Shown one piece after another: positions 42,639-51,089 of a stretch of 64,000 nucleotides of DNA. The stretch is from Ilumatobacteraceae bacterium (lineage in GTDB: Bacteria; Actinomycetota; Acidimicrobiia; Acidimicrobiales; Ilumatobacteraceae): NCBI GenBank assembly GCA_963708925.1, contig CAVPUO010000005.1, positions 170,435 to 234,434 of the forward strand. Reading direction: 5' to 3'. A model generated the notes under the pieces. That model saw only the letters and a list, made by a program, of their open reading frames with translations, ran no database searches and was not told the DNA's origin. Position numbers and translations under genes: made by a program. Numbering within the stretch: position 1 is the stretch's first letter; each line of letters opens with the position of its first letter.

Positions 42639-43610
42639 TCACGCTTCTTTGGTCTGGTCGGCCAGGACCGACGGATTGACCACGAGGGTCGGGTCGAGCG
42701 TGCCGTCGAGTCCGGCGAGGGCGTTGCGCACCGTCGTCACACCCATTGCGATCAACGCCTGCTCGGTGAGCGCCGCCGAATGCGGGCTCAGCACGATGCG
42801 AGGCTCGGCGATCAGCCGCGAGTCGACCGGGAGCGGTTCGATCACGAACGTGTCGAGTCCCGCGCCGTGGAGGTGTCCCGATCGCACAGCATCGACGAGT
42901 GCGGCCTCGTCGACGAGTCCTCCCCTGCTGGCGTTGACGAGGATCGAGCCCGCCGGCATGAGGGCCAACTCGCGAGCGCCGATCATGTTGCGGGTCTCAT
43001 CACTCAGCGGCAGGTGCAGGCTCAGCACGTCGGCAACCGGGAGCGCTTCGTCGAGGCTCCCCAGCACCTCGACCCCCTCGGCGACCGTGACGTGTGGGTC
43101 GACCACGCAGACTCGCATGCCGAAGGCCGCAGCTCGCGTCGCCACCGTGCGGCCGATGCGGCCGTACCCGACGATGACGAGGGTGCGGCCGCGTAGTTCG
43201 ACTCCCAACACACGAGATCGAGCGGCAAAGTCGCCGGCTCGCACCGCTGTGTCGAGTTGCACAACCGCGCGAGCGGCAGCGAGCATCAGCAAGATGGTGT
43301 GCTCGGCGACAGAGATGGCGTTGGCCGCGCCGACCAGCGTCAACGGGATGCCGCGTCGGGTGCACACGTCGATGGGAATGTTGTCGTAGCCGACGCCGTG
43401 TCGCGAGATCACGACGAGACGGTCAGCGGCATCGATCACCGATCGAGGAAGGGGCGCGTCGCGGATGGTGATCGCCTCAACTCCTTCGATGTTCGCCAAC
43501 AGGTTGGCTTCGGAGGCGTCGGTGATCACGGTGTACTCGACGTCGGAGCGCGAGTCGAGCAGTGCCATCGCTTCGGGATGCAACGGCTGGACGACGAGCA
43601 GCTTGCGCAT
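42639..43610 (-). CDS. D-isomer-specific 2-hydroxyacid dehydrogenase family protein
   Basis: 323-aa sequence from MRKLLVVQPLHPE. Contains VGYGRIGRTVA, SLHLPLSDETRNMI and VLSPHSA. Its ATG overlaps the upstream gene's stop (ATGA at 43608-43612). Confidence 0.85.
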   Translation of the reverse strand: MRKLLVVQPLHPEAMALLDSRSDVEYTVITDASEANLLANIEGVEAITIRDAPLPRSVIDAADRLVVISRHGVGYDNIPIDVCTRRGIPLTLVGAANAISVAEHTILLMLAAARAVVQLDTAVRAGDFAARSRVLGVELRGRTLVIVGYGRIGRTVATRAAAFGMRVCVVDPHVTVAEGVEVLGSLDEALPVADVLSLHLPLSDETRNMIGARELALMPAGSILVNASRGGLVDEAALVDAVRSGHLHGAGLDTFVIEPLPVDSRLIAEPRIVLSPHSAALTEQALIAMGVTTVRNALAGLDGTLDPTLVVNPSVLADQTKEA

Positions 43611-44443
43611 CACCACCTCGCACCGAACCTCGGCGCATGTGCGCCTGGGTCGACCACGGTGTCCCGCAGTCGAGCCGCGCCGTTGGTGATGCGACCACGG
43701 ATCCCCAACCGCGGGACGTGGCGCGACAGGGGGCGATATCCCAGGACCCGCTCGGTGTCCGTCAGATCCCAGCGCATGCCGGCGTTGTTCGACATCACGT
43801 TGACGATCGCGACTCCGCTGAACCGCTGCGTACATGCCCGCTGCACGGCCTGGCGCCAGTCGTCATTGCTCAACCACAGCTCCTGCCCCCATCGACCGAA
43901 CGACATGTGAGGACCCGGTCGGTTGTCTCCCGGCTGGCACCAACCGACTCGCAGCGCGAGGAACGACATTCCGCATCGGGCGGCAACCGCCGCGCCGTCG
44001 CGTTCTGTTGCGAGCTTGGAGACGCCGTACGGGTTCACCGGGCGCGGTGAGGTCGAGGGTGTCAATGGCTCGCTGGTGAAGCGATGGCCGCCAAGGATCC
44101 AGTTGGAGCTGGCGAAGACGAAACGATCCACGCCGTGCTCCTCGGCTGCCCGCAGCACGTTGTGCGACAGATCGATGTTCGAACGCAGCACCGACTCCCA
44201 TGTGGCGATCGGCCGCGGATCCGCGGCGAGATGCAGCACGACGTCGATGTCTCGGAAGTGCTCTGCCCACGAGCGGTCGTACGTCGAGAGATCGGCATCG
44301 ATCAGCTCGGTCTCCGGTCCGCGATCGACAGCAGGCCGGTAGTCGATGCCCCGCACCACAGTGTCGTCGAGGTCGCTGAGCGCAGCAGTCGCCTTGCGCC
44401 CCAAGTTGCCGGCAGCCCCGGTGACCAGCACTCGTACGCTCAC
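43610..44443 (-). CDS. NAD-dependent epimerase/dehydratase (extended SDR) family protein
   Basis: GTG at 44443 gives VSVRVLVTGAAGNLG, with later YGVSK (YxxxK). It is the first gene of the minus-strand operon downstream of the operators. Confidence 0.75.
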   Translation of the reverse strand: MSVRVLVTGAAGNLGRKATAALSDLDDTVVRGIDYRPAVDRGPETELIDADLSTYDRSWAEHFRDIDVVLHLAADPRPIATWESVLRSNIDLSHNVLRAAEEHGVDRFVFASSNWILGGHRFTSEPLTPSTSPRPVNPYGVSKLATERDGAAVAARCGMSFLALRVGWCQPGDNRPGPHMSFGRWGQELWLSNDDWRQAVQRACTQRFSGVAIVNVMSNNAGMRWDLTDTERVLGYRPLSRHVPRLGIRGRITNGAARLRDTVVDPGAHAPRFGARW

Positions 44444-44477
44444 GCTTGTGCCGACCCCGTCATGGCGGGTCACTGTA

Positions 44478-44491
44478 CTGAAGCGCTTCAG
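44478..44491. promoter_or_regulatory. LacI-type operator 1 (perfect 14-bp palindrome CTGAAGCGCTTCAG)
   Basis: Perfect palindrome with the TGAAxCGxTTCA-like LacI/GalR half-site pattern. It lies in the 103-bp divergent region between the epimerase operon and the lacI-family gene. Confidence 0.65.
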
Positions 44492-44518
44492 ACAAATCAA
44501 ACCGGCGGCTTGCGATGT

Positions 44519-44532
44519 CTGAAGCGCTTCAG
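44519..44532. promoter_or_regulatory. LacI-type operator 2 (identical 14-bp palindrome)
   Basis: Second exact copy, 41 bp centre-to-centre from copy 1. The flanks extend the identity, so 44471-44494 and 44516-44539 are exact 24-bp reverse complements. It lies 15 nt upstream of the repressor GTG. Confidence 0.65.
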
Positions 44533-44546
44533 TACAGTGCTCCCTC

Positions 44547-45548
44547 GTGCGCCGCCCGACCCTCGACGATGTCGCCGAACGGGCCGGAGTTTCGCGAACC
44601 TTGGTGTCGTTGACGCTTCGTGGATTGGCCGGCGCGAGCGAGGAAACCACGCGAACGATCGTTCAAGCAGCGTCCGATCTCGGCTACGTGCCCGATGCGG
44701 CGGCAAGAAACCTGGCACGCAAGTCGTCGCAGTCGATCGGCGTGATGTTGAACGACATGCACAACCCGTTCTTCGCCGATGTCGTGGGCGGGCTGCAGTC
44801 GCGACTCCTCGACTCGGGGTACCACATCCTCATGGGCGTGGGCGAAGGCCTCCGGCTGGAGAGGTCCGTGCTCGACACGTTCCTCAGCTACCGCATGGAG
44901 GGCGCGGTCCTCATCGGGCCGGAGGTGCGCGAGCGAGAGATCGAATCGTTGGGCCGGGCGATGGCGACCGTGATCATCGGCCGCCGGGTCCGCACCGATG
45001 CCGTCGACGTGATCGTCAGCGATGATCACAAGGGCGCCATGCTCGCCGTGCAGCACCTGTTCGACCTCGGTCATCGCGACATCGCCCATCTCGACGGCGC
45101 CAGCATCCCGGGTGGCGGCAACGCCCGTCGACGCGGCTATGTCGATGCCATGCGCCGCCTCGGCCTCGAGCAGCACATCCGCATTGCCGGCGGTGGTTTC
45201 ACACTCCGCCACGCTGCGGACGGAGTCGACGAACTGGTCCGCACGCAACGACCCACTGCGCTGTTCGCCGCCAACGACCTCGTCGCGCTCGGCGCCATGG
45301 AGCGACTGTCGGAGCTGGGCTTGTCGACACCCGGCGATGTGTCGATCGTCGGATACGACAACACGTCGATCGCCGCTCAACGACGTGTCGGCCTCACCAG
45401 CATCGACCAGCCACGCGTCGAGATCGGCGAGTTGGCGGCCACACTGCTGCAAGAACGCTTCGCCGGACGCACCGACGCCTCACGCCACGTCCTCACCCCC
45501 AAACTCGTCGAGCGAGACTCGACATCCACATTGGAGACAACACGATGA
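44547..45548 (+). CDS. LacI-family transcriptional regulator
   Basis: Intact 333-aa sequence. N-terminal HTH TLDDVAERAGVSRTLVSLTLRG and a periplasmic-binding-fold C-domain (ALFAANDLVALGAM). Confidence 0.9.
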   Translation: MRRPTLDDVAERAGVSRTLVSLTLRGLAGASEETTRTIVQAASDLGYVPDAAARNLARKSSQSIGVMLNDMHNPFFADVVGGLQSRLLDSGYHILMGVGEGLRLERSVLDTFLSYRMEGAVLIGPEVREREIESLGRAMATVIIGRRVRTDAVDVIVSDDHKGAMLAVQHLFDLGHRDIAHLDGASIPGGGNARRRGYVDAMRRLGLEQHIRIAGGGFTLRHAADGVDELVRTQRPTALFAANDLVALGAMERLSELGLSTPGDVSIVGYDNTSIAAQRRVGLTSIDQPRVEIGELAATLLQERFAGRTDASRHVLTPKLVERDSTSTLETTR

Positions 45549-46426
45549 CCATTCAGATCGCCGCCGCCCCCTGCAGCTGGGGGGTCGACTTCGCCGACAC
45601 CCCCACCAATCCGCCGTGGATGCAGGTCATCGACGAGATCGCGGCCAGCGGCGTCCCGGCGATGGAGCTCGGGCCCGTGGGCTACTTCCCCGAGGATCCG
45701 ACGACCATCCGCAACCTGCTTGCGGAGCGCAGCCTGATCTCAGCGGGCTCCGTGATGTTCGACGACTTCCACGATCCCGCCGCTCGTGAACGCTTGCTCG
45801 GCATCGGCGATCGCGTCTGCCGGTTGATCGTCGCTTCGGGAGGCACGATCCTGTCGATCATCGACAAGCCGGACGACGTCCGCGTCGCAACCGCCGGCCG
45901 GCCCGACGCGGCTCCACGCCTCGACGACACGCGCTGGAAGGAGATGCTGGATCAGATCGGGGCCATCGCCGACCTCGCTCGCAGCATCGGCGCTCATCCG
46001 GTCGTGCATCCGCACGTCGGTGGCTACATCGAGTTCGAAGACGAGATCGAGCGGATCGTCGCCGACACCGATCTCGACCTGTGCCTCGACACCGGCCATC
46101 TCGCCTATGCCCGTATGGACCCTGTGGCAATGCTCGAACGCCACGCGGACCGTCTCGCCCACGTGCACTTCAAGGACATTCGCGGCGACGTGCTCGCTCG
46201 CGTCGACCGCGAGCACCTCACCTTCTGGCAGGCCATCGAGGCCGACATCTTCTGCCCGATCGGCGAGGGTGTGGTCGACATCTCCCAGGTGCTGGCGACA
46301 CTGGACCGGATCGGCTACAACGGCTTCGCGACCATCGAACAAGACCGAGTGCCCGGCAGCGGCGAAGCGCTCGACGAACTTCGCAAGAGCATTGCAGTGG
46401 TCGAGGGCGCGCAGGCCGCCCTCTGA
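45545..46426 (+). CDS. Sugar phosphate isomerase/epimerase (xylose-isomerase-like TIM barrel; IolE/inosose dehydratase-like)
   Basis: Intact 293-aa sequence. Contains IAAAPCSWGV, HPHVGGYIEF, HVHFKDIR and FATIEQD. Its ATG overlaps the lacI-family stop (ATGA). Confidence 0.8.
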   Translation: MTIQIAAAPCSWGVDFADTPTNPPWMQVIDEIAASGVPAMELGPVGYFPEDPTTIRNLLAERSLISAGSVMFDDFHDPAARERLLGIGDRVCRLIVASGGTILSIIDKPDDVRVATAGRPDAAPRLDDTRWKEMLDQIGAIADLARSIGAHPVVHPHVGGYIEFEDEIERIVADTDLDLCLDTGHLAYARMDPVAMLERHADRLAHVHFKDIRGDVLARVDREHLTFWQAIEADIFCPIGEGVVDISQVLATLDRIGYNGFATIEQDRVPGSGEALDELRKSIAVVEGAQAAL

Positions 46427-46442
46427 CCCGGCGTCGGCCCCG

Positions 46443-46766
46443 TCATCCGCCGACGGTCGTACCGGTGGCTCCAGGGAAGCAATCGGCGACCCGTTCCTGA
46501 GCGTCGATGTAGTTCAGGATCGCCTCGTTGCCGTGGCCGAACTTGTTCCTCACCGCAAGATTGGTGCCGCCGATCTGGTTGAACACCGACTGCATGCCGT
46601 CGCAATCCTTTGCCACCGCCATGGAGTCGATCTTGGCCTGCAAACCCGCCTCGTAGTCACCCCACTTCACCACGGTCGTGGTCGGGGCGCTCGCATCAGA
46701 TCCGGTACAGGCCGCCAACGTCAGTGCCGCCAAGGCTCCGATCAACGTCCGACGGACACAGGTCAT
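46443..46766 (-). CDS. Small lipoprotein, function unknown
   Basis: 107-aa ORF. Signal peptide plus lipobox (IGALAALTLAAC). Confidence 0.6.
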   Translation of the reverse strand: MTCVRRTLIGALAALTLAACTGSDASAPTTTVVKWGDYEAGLQAKIDSMAVAKDCDGMQSVFNQIGGTNLAVRNKFGHGNEAILNYIDAQERVADCFPGATGTTVGG

Positions 46767-46784
46767 CGGTGGCGACGTTAGTCA

Positions 46785-47480
46785 TCAATCGCAGCCGTCG
46801 ACGCCGCACGCCGGCCCATCTGCTCCGGGCACCATTTGCAGCGGGTGCGCGGCGGTCCACGCCTGGTTCAACGCGTTGGTGAAGACCTCGGCCGGCTGCG
46901 CACCGGACACGCCGAATGCTCGATCGATGACGAAGAACGGCACGCCCTGCAGGCCGAGCGCTTGCCCATCGGCGACATCCTGGCGGACTGCGTCCGTGTA
47001 CTGATCACTGTTCAGCACGTCGCGCACGGCCGCCTCGTCGAGTCCCGCATCCGCGCCGATTTCGACGAGGGTGTCGATGTCACCGATGTCCTTGCCGTGC
47101 TCGAAGTGCGCCGACAACAAGCGCTCCTTGACGGCGTCGCCGCGTCCGGTCTCCTTGGCCAGATGGAGGAGGCGATGAGCAGTGAAGCTGTTGGCAACGA
47201 CGAGCGAATCGAAGTCGTACCGCAAGCCGACTTCTGCCGCCAGGTCGGTCACATGGCGGAACATCTGCGAGACCTGCGACGGCGGGAACCCCTTCCGACT
47301 GGCCAAGTAGTCCAGCTCGGTTCCGTCGTAGTGATCGGGCAGCGTCGGGTCCAGCTGGTAGCTGCGCCAGACGATCTCGACCTCGTCGCGATGAGGGAAC
47401 GTCGCGAGGCCAGCCTCGAACCGGCGCTTGCCGATGTAGCACCACGGACAGGCAATATCGGACCAGATTTCAACTTGCAT
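46785..47480 (-). CDS. DsbA/FrnE-family thiol:disulfide oxidoreductase
   Basis: Intact 231-aa sequence. Contains WSDIACPWCYIGKRRF (CPWC active site) and GVPFFVID. Confidence 0.85.
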   Translation of the reverse strand: MQVEIWSDIACPWCYIGKRRFEAGLATFPHRDEVEIVWRSYQLDPTLPDHYDGTELDYLASRKGFPPSQVSQMFRHVTDLAAEVGLRYDFDSLVVANSFTAHRLLHLAKETGRGDAVKERLLSAHFEHGKDIGDIDTLVEIGADAGLDEAAVRDVLNSDQYTDAVRQDVADGQALGLQGVPFFVIDRAFGVSGAQPAEVFTNALNQAWTAAHPLQMVPGADGPACGVDGCD

Positions 47481-47595
47481 GCCAGCACAAACACCACGTG
47501 GTGCCTCTGCATTCCACTCATCGGCGTCCGGTCGCGCATCAGGACCGGCATCGCGTGCGCGATCGTTTCACCACGTCCTACGAAGGAGCCCTGTT

Positions 47596-47994
47596 GTGGA
47601 TGATCAAGCAGTTGTCGAACACCATCCAGTCGTGCTGGAGCACGCCAAGAAACGAGCGGCGGACACGCAGCTGCGAATCGCCGACGCGATCACATCGTTC
47701 GCCGGCTCGATGCGATTCGTCTACATCCACGCGGTCGGATTCGCCCTGTGGATGTTCTTCGTCGAGAGCGATCCGTGGCCGAAGCTGACATTGGTCGTCT
47801 CGCTCGAGGCGATCTTCCTCTCGACATTCGTGATGATCGGACAGAACCGGCAGGCAGAGTTCCAGCAGGCCAAAGCGGATCACGACTTCGTCGCGCAGGA
47901 ACAGGAGCTGAAGTCGAACACGGAGCTCACGCGGGCGATCCACGCCCTCACGACCGACATCCACCGTCAGGTCATGAAGAGCGGCAATGGATGA
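47596..47994 (+). CDS. DUF1003 membrane protein
   Basis: GAAGGAG upstream of the GTG at 47596. Contains ADAITSFAGSMRFVYIHAVGFALWM and LEAIFLSTFVMIGQNRQ, typical of DUF1003. Confidence 0.75.
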   Translation: MDDQAVVEHHPVVLEHAKKRAADTQLRIADAITSFAGSMRFVYIHAVGFALWMFFVESDPWPKLTLVVSLEAIFLSTFVMIGQNRQAEFQQAKADHDFVAQEQELKSNTELTRAIHALTTDIHRQVMKSGNG

Positions 47995-48052
47995 TGAGCT
48001 GAACGGACGTGCCTTCCCCGGGCTCGTCGACCGGCGTCGATAGCCTGACTCG

Positions 48053-48700
48053 ATGGGCACAGCGGTTGTCGACGAGCCCAGCACTCGCCGACGAACTGTC
48101 GTCATCGCGTTCGGAGCGCTCGGCGTCGTAGGGCTGGCGTGGGGGCTGCGATCCGATCCGGGCAGCGGAGCGTTCTACGCCAGCACACTCGTCCTCGCGG
48201 TGGTGTGGCTTGTCGGGGGGCTGCTGTCCGGTCCCGTGCAGTTGGGTTGGGAGACGCACGACGACCAACTCCGTCGGCCGGTCAAGAGTGCGCTGATCGC
48301 CGGCGCCGCGCTCGCGGGGGTCTTCGTCGTAGGGGCACTCGCGGTGAGACAGATCCCGAGCGTGAGCGACAGGGTCGAGGGTGTCCTCGACTTTGCGCGC
48401 CAGGGTTCATGGCCGATCGTCCTGTTCCTCACCATCGCCAACGGGATCGCCGAAGAGGTGTTCTTCCGTGGCGCCGTTCAACCGGCCCTGCCGGAGCGCA
48501 TCCGCCTTCCCGGCACAGTGGTGATCTACGGAGCCGTCACGTTCGCCACCGGCAACCTCATGCTCGGGTTCGCCGCTCTGGTGCTGGGCGCTGTGGTCGG
48601 CGTGCAACGCAAGATGACCAACGGTGTGCTGGCACCGGTTCTCACACACGTGACCTGGTCCGTGTTGATGTTCATCGCCCTCCCGTTCGTGTTTCGCTGA
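48053..48700 (+). CDS. CPBP-family intramembrane metalloprotease (Abi-like)
   Basis: Intact 215-aa polytopic protein with the EExxxR motif (IAEEVFFRG) and a later THVTWS histidine motif. Confidence 0.75.
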   Translation: MGTAVVDEPSTRRRTVVIAFGALGVVGLAWGLRSDPGSGAFYASTLVLAVVWLVGGLLSGPVQLGWETHDDQLRRPVKSALIAGAALAGVFVVGALAVRQIPSVSDRVEGVLDFARQGSWPIVLFLTIANGIAEEVFFRGAVQPALPERIRLPGTVVIYGAVTFATGNLMLGFAALVLGAVVGVQRKMTNGVLAPVLTHVTWSVLMFIALPFVFR

Positions 48701-48741
48701 CTTCTGGGTTATCCGCGTCTCATTCGGGGTAGCCCTCGATC

Positions 48742-49242
48742 ATGGCATCCTTCAACGCCCGGAACATCTCCTTGTCCACAGTTCCGGTCACGCCAGAGCT
48801 GATCTGGAAGCAGATCTGCGATCCGAGCTCGCTCACCGCTCTCACTCCCCTGGTTCGCTCGATCGTCGTCGAGGGTGACCTGTGGCGATGGCAACTCTCG
48901 GGCATCGAGGCGCTCGGCGTGAGTGTCGCACCGGCGTTCACCGAGCGAATGGAGTTCCTCGAGCCGAAGCTCATCCGCTTCAACCACGAGACGGCAAATG
49001 ACGAGCGCGAACGCGCCGGTGCCGACGGCACGTACGAATTGACGCCACGTGGCGACAAGACGGACTTGAAGGTCGACATCGCGCTGACGGTCGAGCTTCC
49101 ACTGCCGCGACTGTCTGCGGGCGCCGTCGAACGGGTGATGAAAGCGACGATGCAACGCACCGGCAAACGATTCGCCGTCAACCTCTACCACCGTCTCGGA
49201 CTGGATCCGGCAACGATCGTCATCAAGCAGTTGCGCTCCTGA
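48742..49242 (+). CDS. SRPBCC-superfamily (START/CoxG-like) protein
   Basis: Intact 166-aa ORF whose composition and length are typical of the SRPBCC ligand-binding fold. Its stop overlaps the next ATG (TGATG). Confidence 0.65.
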   Translation: MASFNARNISLSTVPVTPELIWKQICDPSSLTALTPLVRSIVVEGDLWRWQLSGIEALGVSVAPAFTERMEFLEPKLIRFNHETANDERERAGADGTYELTPRGDKTDLKVDIALTVELPLPRLSAGAVERVMKATMQRTGKRFAVNLYHRLGLDPATIVIKQLRS

Positions 49243-50084
49243 TGACCAGCTTTCAGGCGTTCGCCGTTCGCGGCAAAGCGAGCCCTGTCGTCACGTTGCA
49301 GGCGGGGGTCGACTTTGGCGGCTACTACTGGACCACCACGTCACGGCGTGCCGCCAAGGTCGCAGCGCTACGCCGCGACACCAGCACATCGGTCCTCTCG
49401 CGAAGGGACGGATCGTGGCGGCTGCGGGTCGGGCGCGGCCTCGTTCTCGACCCGAGTCGCGCACCGGAGGCGATGCGGGATCTCCCGGTGTATGCGCTCG
49501 CCGGTACTGCCGTGGCGCTCATCGCCGTCCGCTATCCCGAGCAGGTGCTGGGATACGTGGCTGATGGCGGCTCGACCCCGAAGGATTGGCGGCTGCACCA
49601 GCGAGTGCTGATCGCCGTGCGTCCGGACGAGGAACTCGTGTGGAACGACGACGGCGTGATCACCCATCGAACGGATCAATTTCGAGGCGAGTACGAACTT
49701 CCAGAATCGTCGGGCCGACGGACGGAGCGGCGATCGATTGCGCACCACGACTCTGGTGAATCCCTCCTCGATTTCGATGGCAAGTGCTGGATCGGACTCG
49801 ATAGCCGTGTGGGTCCGATCGCGCTTCCCGGTGCTTGGAGCGCCGATCGCTCGGCAGTCGACGTGGAAGCTGTCGTGCTCGCGGCCGTCAACGCCGACCT
49901 TCCCGGACGCGCTTGTGTCACGATCGACGACAGCGAATCGTTGAGACCATCCGACAAGTCCGGGATCATTGCTCGAGCCGACGCATCGCTCAGCGGAACA
50001 CGCGCCGGCGTCGCCCGGATCGCTGTCGCCGTCGACTCGACGACGACCTGGAACGGCTTCCGATCAACAGTCGCCGCTGCCTGA
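49242..50084 (+). CDS. Hypothetical protein
   Basis: Intact 280-aa ORF, translationally coupled to the SRPBCC gene, with coding-like composition. I recognise no family. Confidence 0.5.
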   Translation: MTSFQAFAVRGKASPVVTLQAGVDFGGYYWTTTSRRAAKVAALRRDTSTSVLSRRDGSWRLRVGRGLVLDPSRAPEAMRDLPVYALAGTAVALIAVRYPEQVLGYVADGGSTPKDWRLHQRVLIAVRPDEELVWNDDGVITHRTDQFRGEYELPESSGRRTERRSIAHHDSGESLLDFDGKCWIGLDSRVGPIALPGAWSADRSAVDVEAVVLAAVNADLPGRACVTIDDSESLRPSDKSGIIARADASLSGTRAGVARIAVAVDSTTTWNGFRSTVAAA

Positions 50085-50100
50085 CGAGCCGACCGTTCGA

Positions 50101-51043
50101 TCAGCCTCGAACGACAGGCGCTGCGTTGCAGCCGAGCATGTAGCGAAGGCGTGGTGAGTACCGCGGCCGCGCTCTCCGCATCGAGGATCGACCTGAAGTC
50201 GGCGAAGGGCTTCACCCATGAGCGCGCGTATTGCACGATGACTCCGTTGCGAGGCGCGTCCGTGACATTGGCGCCGTGACGGTGCCATGTCTGCGACAGC
50301 CACATTGCAACGGATCCGGCCGGTCCTTCGAGCACGGTTTCGCCCTCCACCGCCGGCTGCCCGGTCGGCGGCTTGCGCAGCGACTTGTGGCTGCCGGTGA
50401 CGACGTGCGTCGCGCCGTTCTCGGCGGTGAAGTCGTCGAGCATCCACGCGGTCTGCACGCTCAACGTCACCTGCGGAAGTGGCTCCGGCATCTGCGTCAG
50501 CGGCGCGTCGACGTGCCAGCCGGCGGAGTTGGTGTGTGGGCCGACATGGTTGACGCTGGTGTCCGACAGCATGAGATCGACACCGAGCTCATCTTCGAGA
50601 ACTTCGAGGATCAGTGGATGCTCGATGATCGACGCGAAGGCTGGGTCCTTGTTGATGAGGTTGAAGATGCGCTGCGACTTCCCATCGTCGAAGAACGTCG
50701 GGATGTGCACGAAGCTGTTGAGTGCGTTGTTCGGATTCACGGGGAACGGGGTGTCGAACTCGGTGGCCTGACGATGCCTGATCCGCCGCTTCAGCCGGGC
50801 CTTCTCGACATCGTCGATCCGCCACAGGGTGTAGTCGATGAGATCGGCCTGCTCGACGGTCACCTCGCTGTCGCCCGGATCGATCGGGTTGGCCCGCTCG
50901 CGCGCCAGGATCGCATCGACGCGGTCGTGCAGGTCCTTCACGGTCGCCGGCGGGATCACATCTTCGATCACGACATGTCCGTCGCGGTGCAGCCGTTCGA
51001 GGATCTCGGCAGGATGCATCGTCGTGTGCTCGGTAGTTGTCAT
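50101..51043 (-). pseudogene. Phytanoyl-CoA dioxygenase (PhyH) family Fe(II)/2-oxoglutarate oxygenase, one frame hop near 50140
   Basis: GGAGG upstream of the ATG at 51043. Contains GWHVDAP and NGATHVVTGSHK...WHRHGANVTD. After a hop the tail reads RYMLGCNAAPVVRG and stops at 50101-50103 (hand translation). Confidence 0.75.
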
Positions 51044-51089
51044 CGTGGTCCTCCTGAGACGACCAGTGTTATCAGACGACGATCGACAC

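Noticed and set aside
43611-44650. Longer version (346 aa) of the epimerase ORF, and the 398-aa version of the 2-hydroxyacid dehydrogenase ORF (to 43835)
   Set aside because: The N-terminal extensions are Arg-rich, would run through the operator region or the upstream gene, and precede the Rossmann GxxGxxG start. The shorter starts (GTG 44443, ATG 43610) fit the families and the ATGA coupling.
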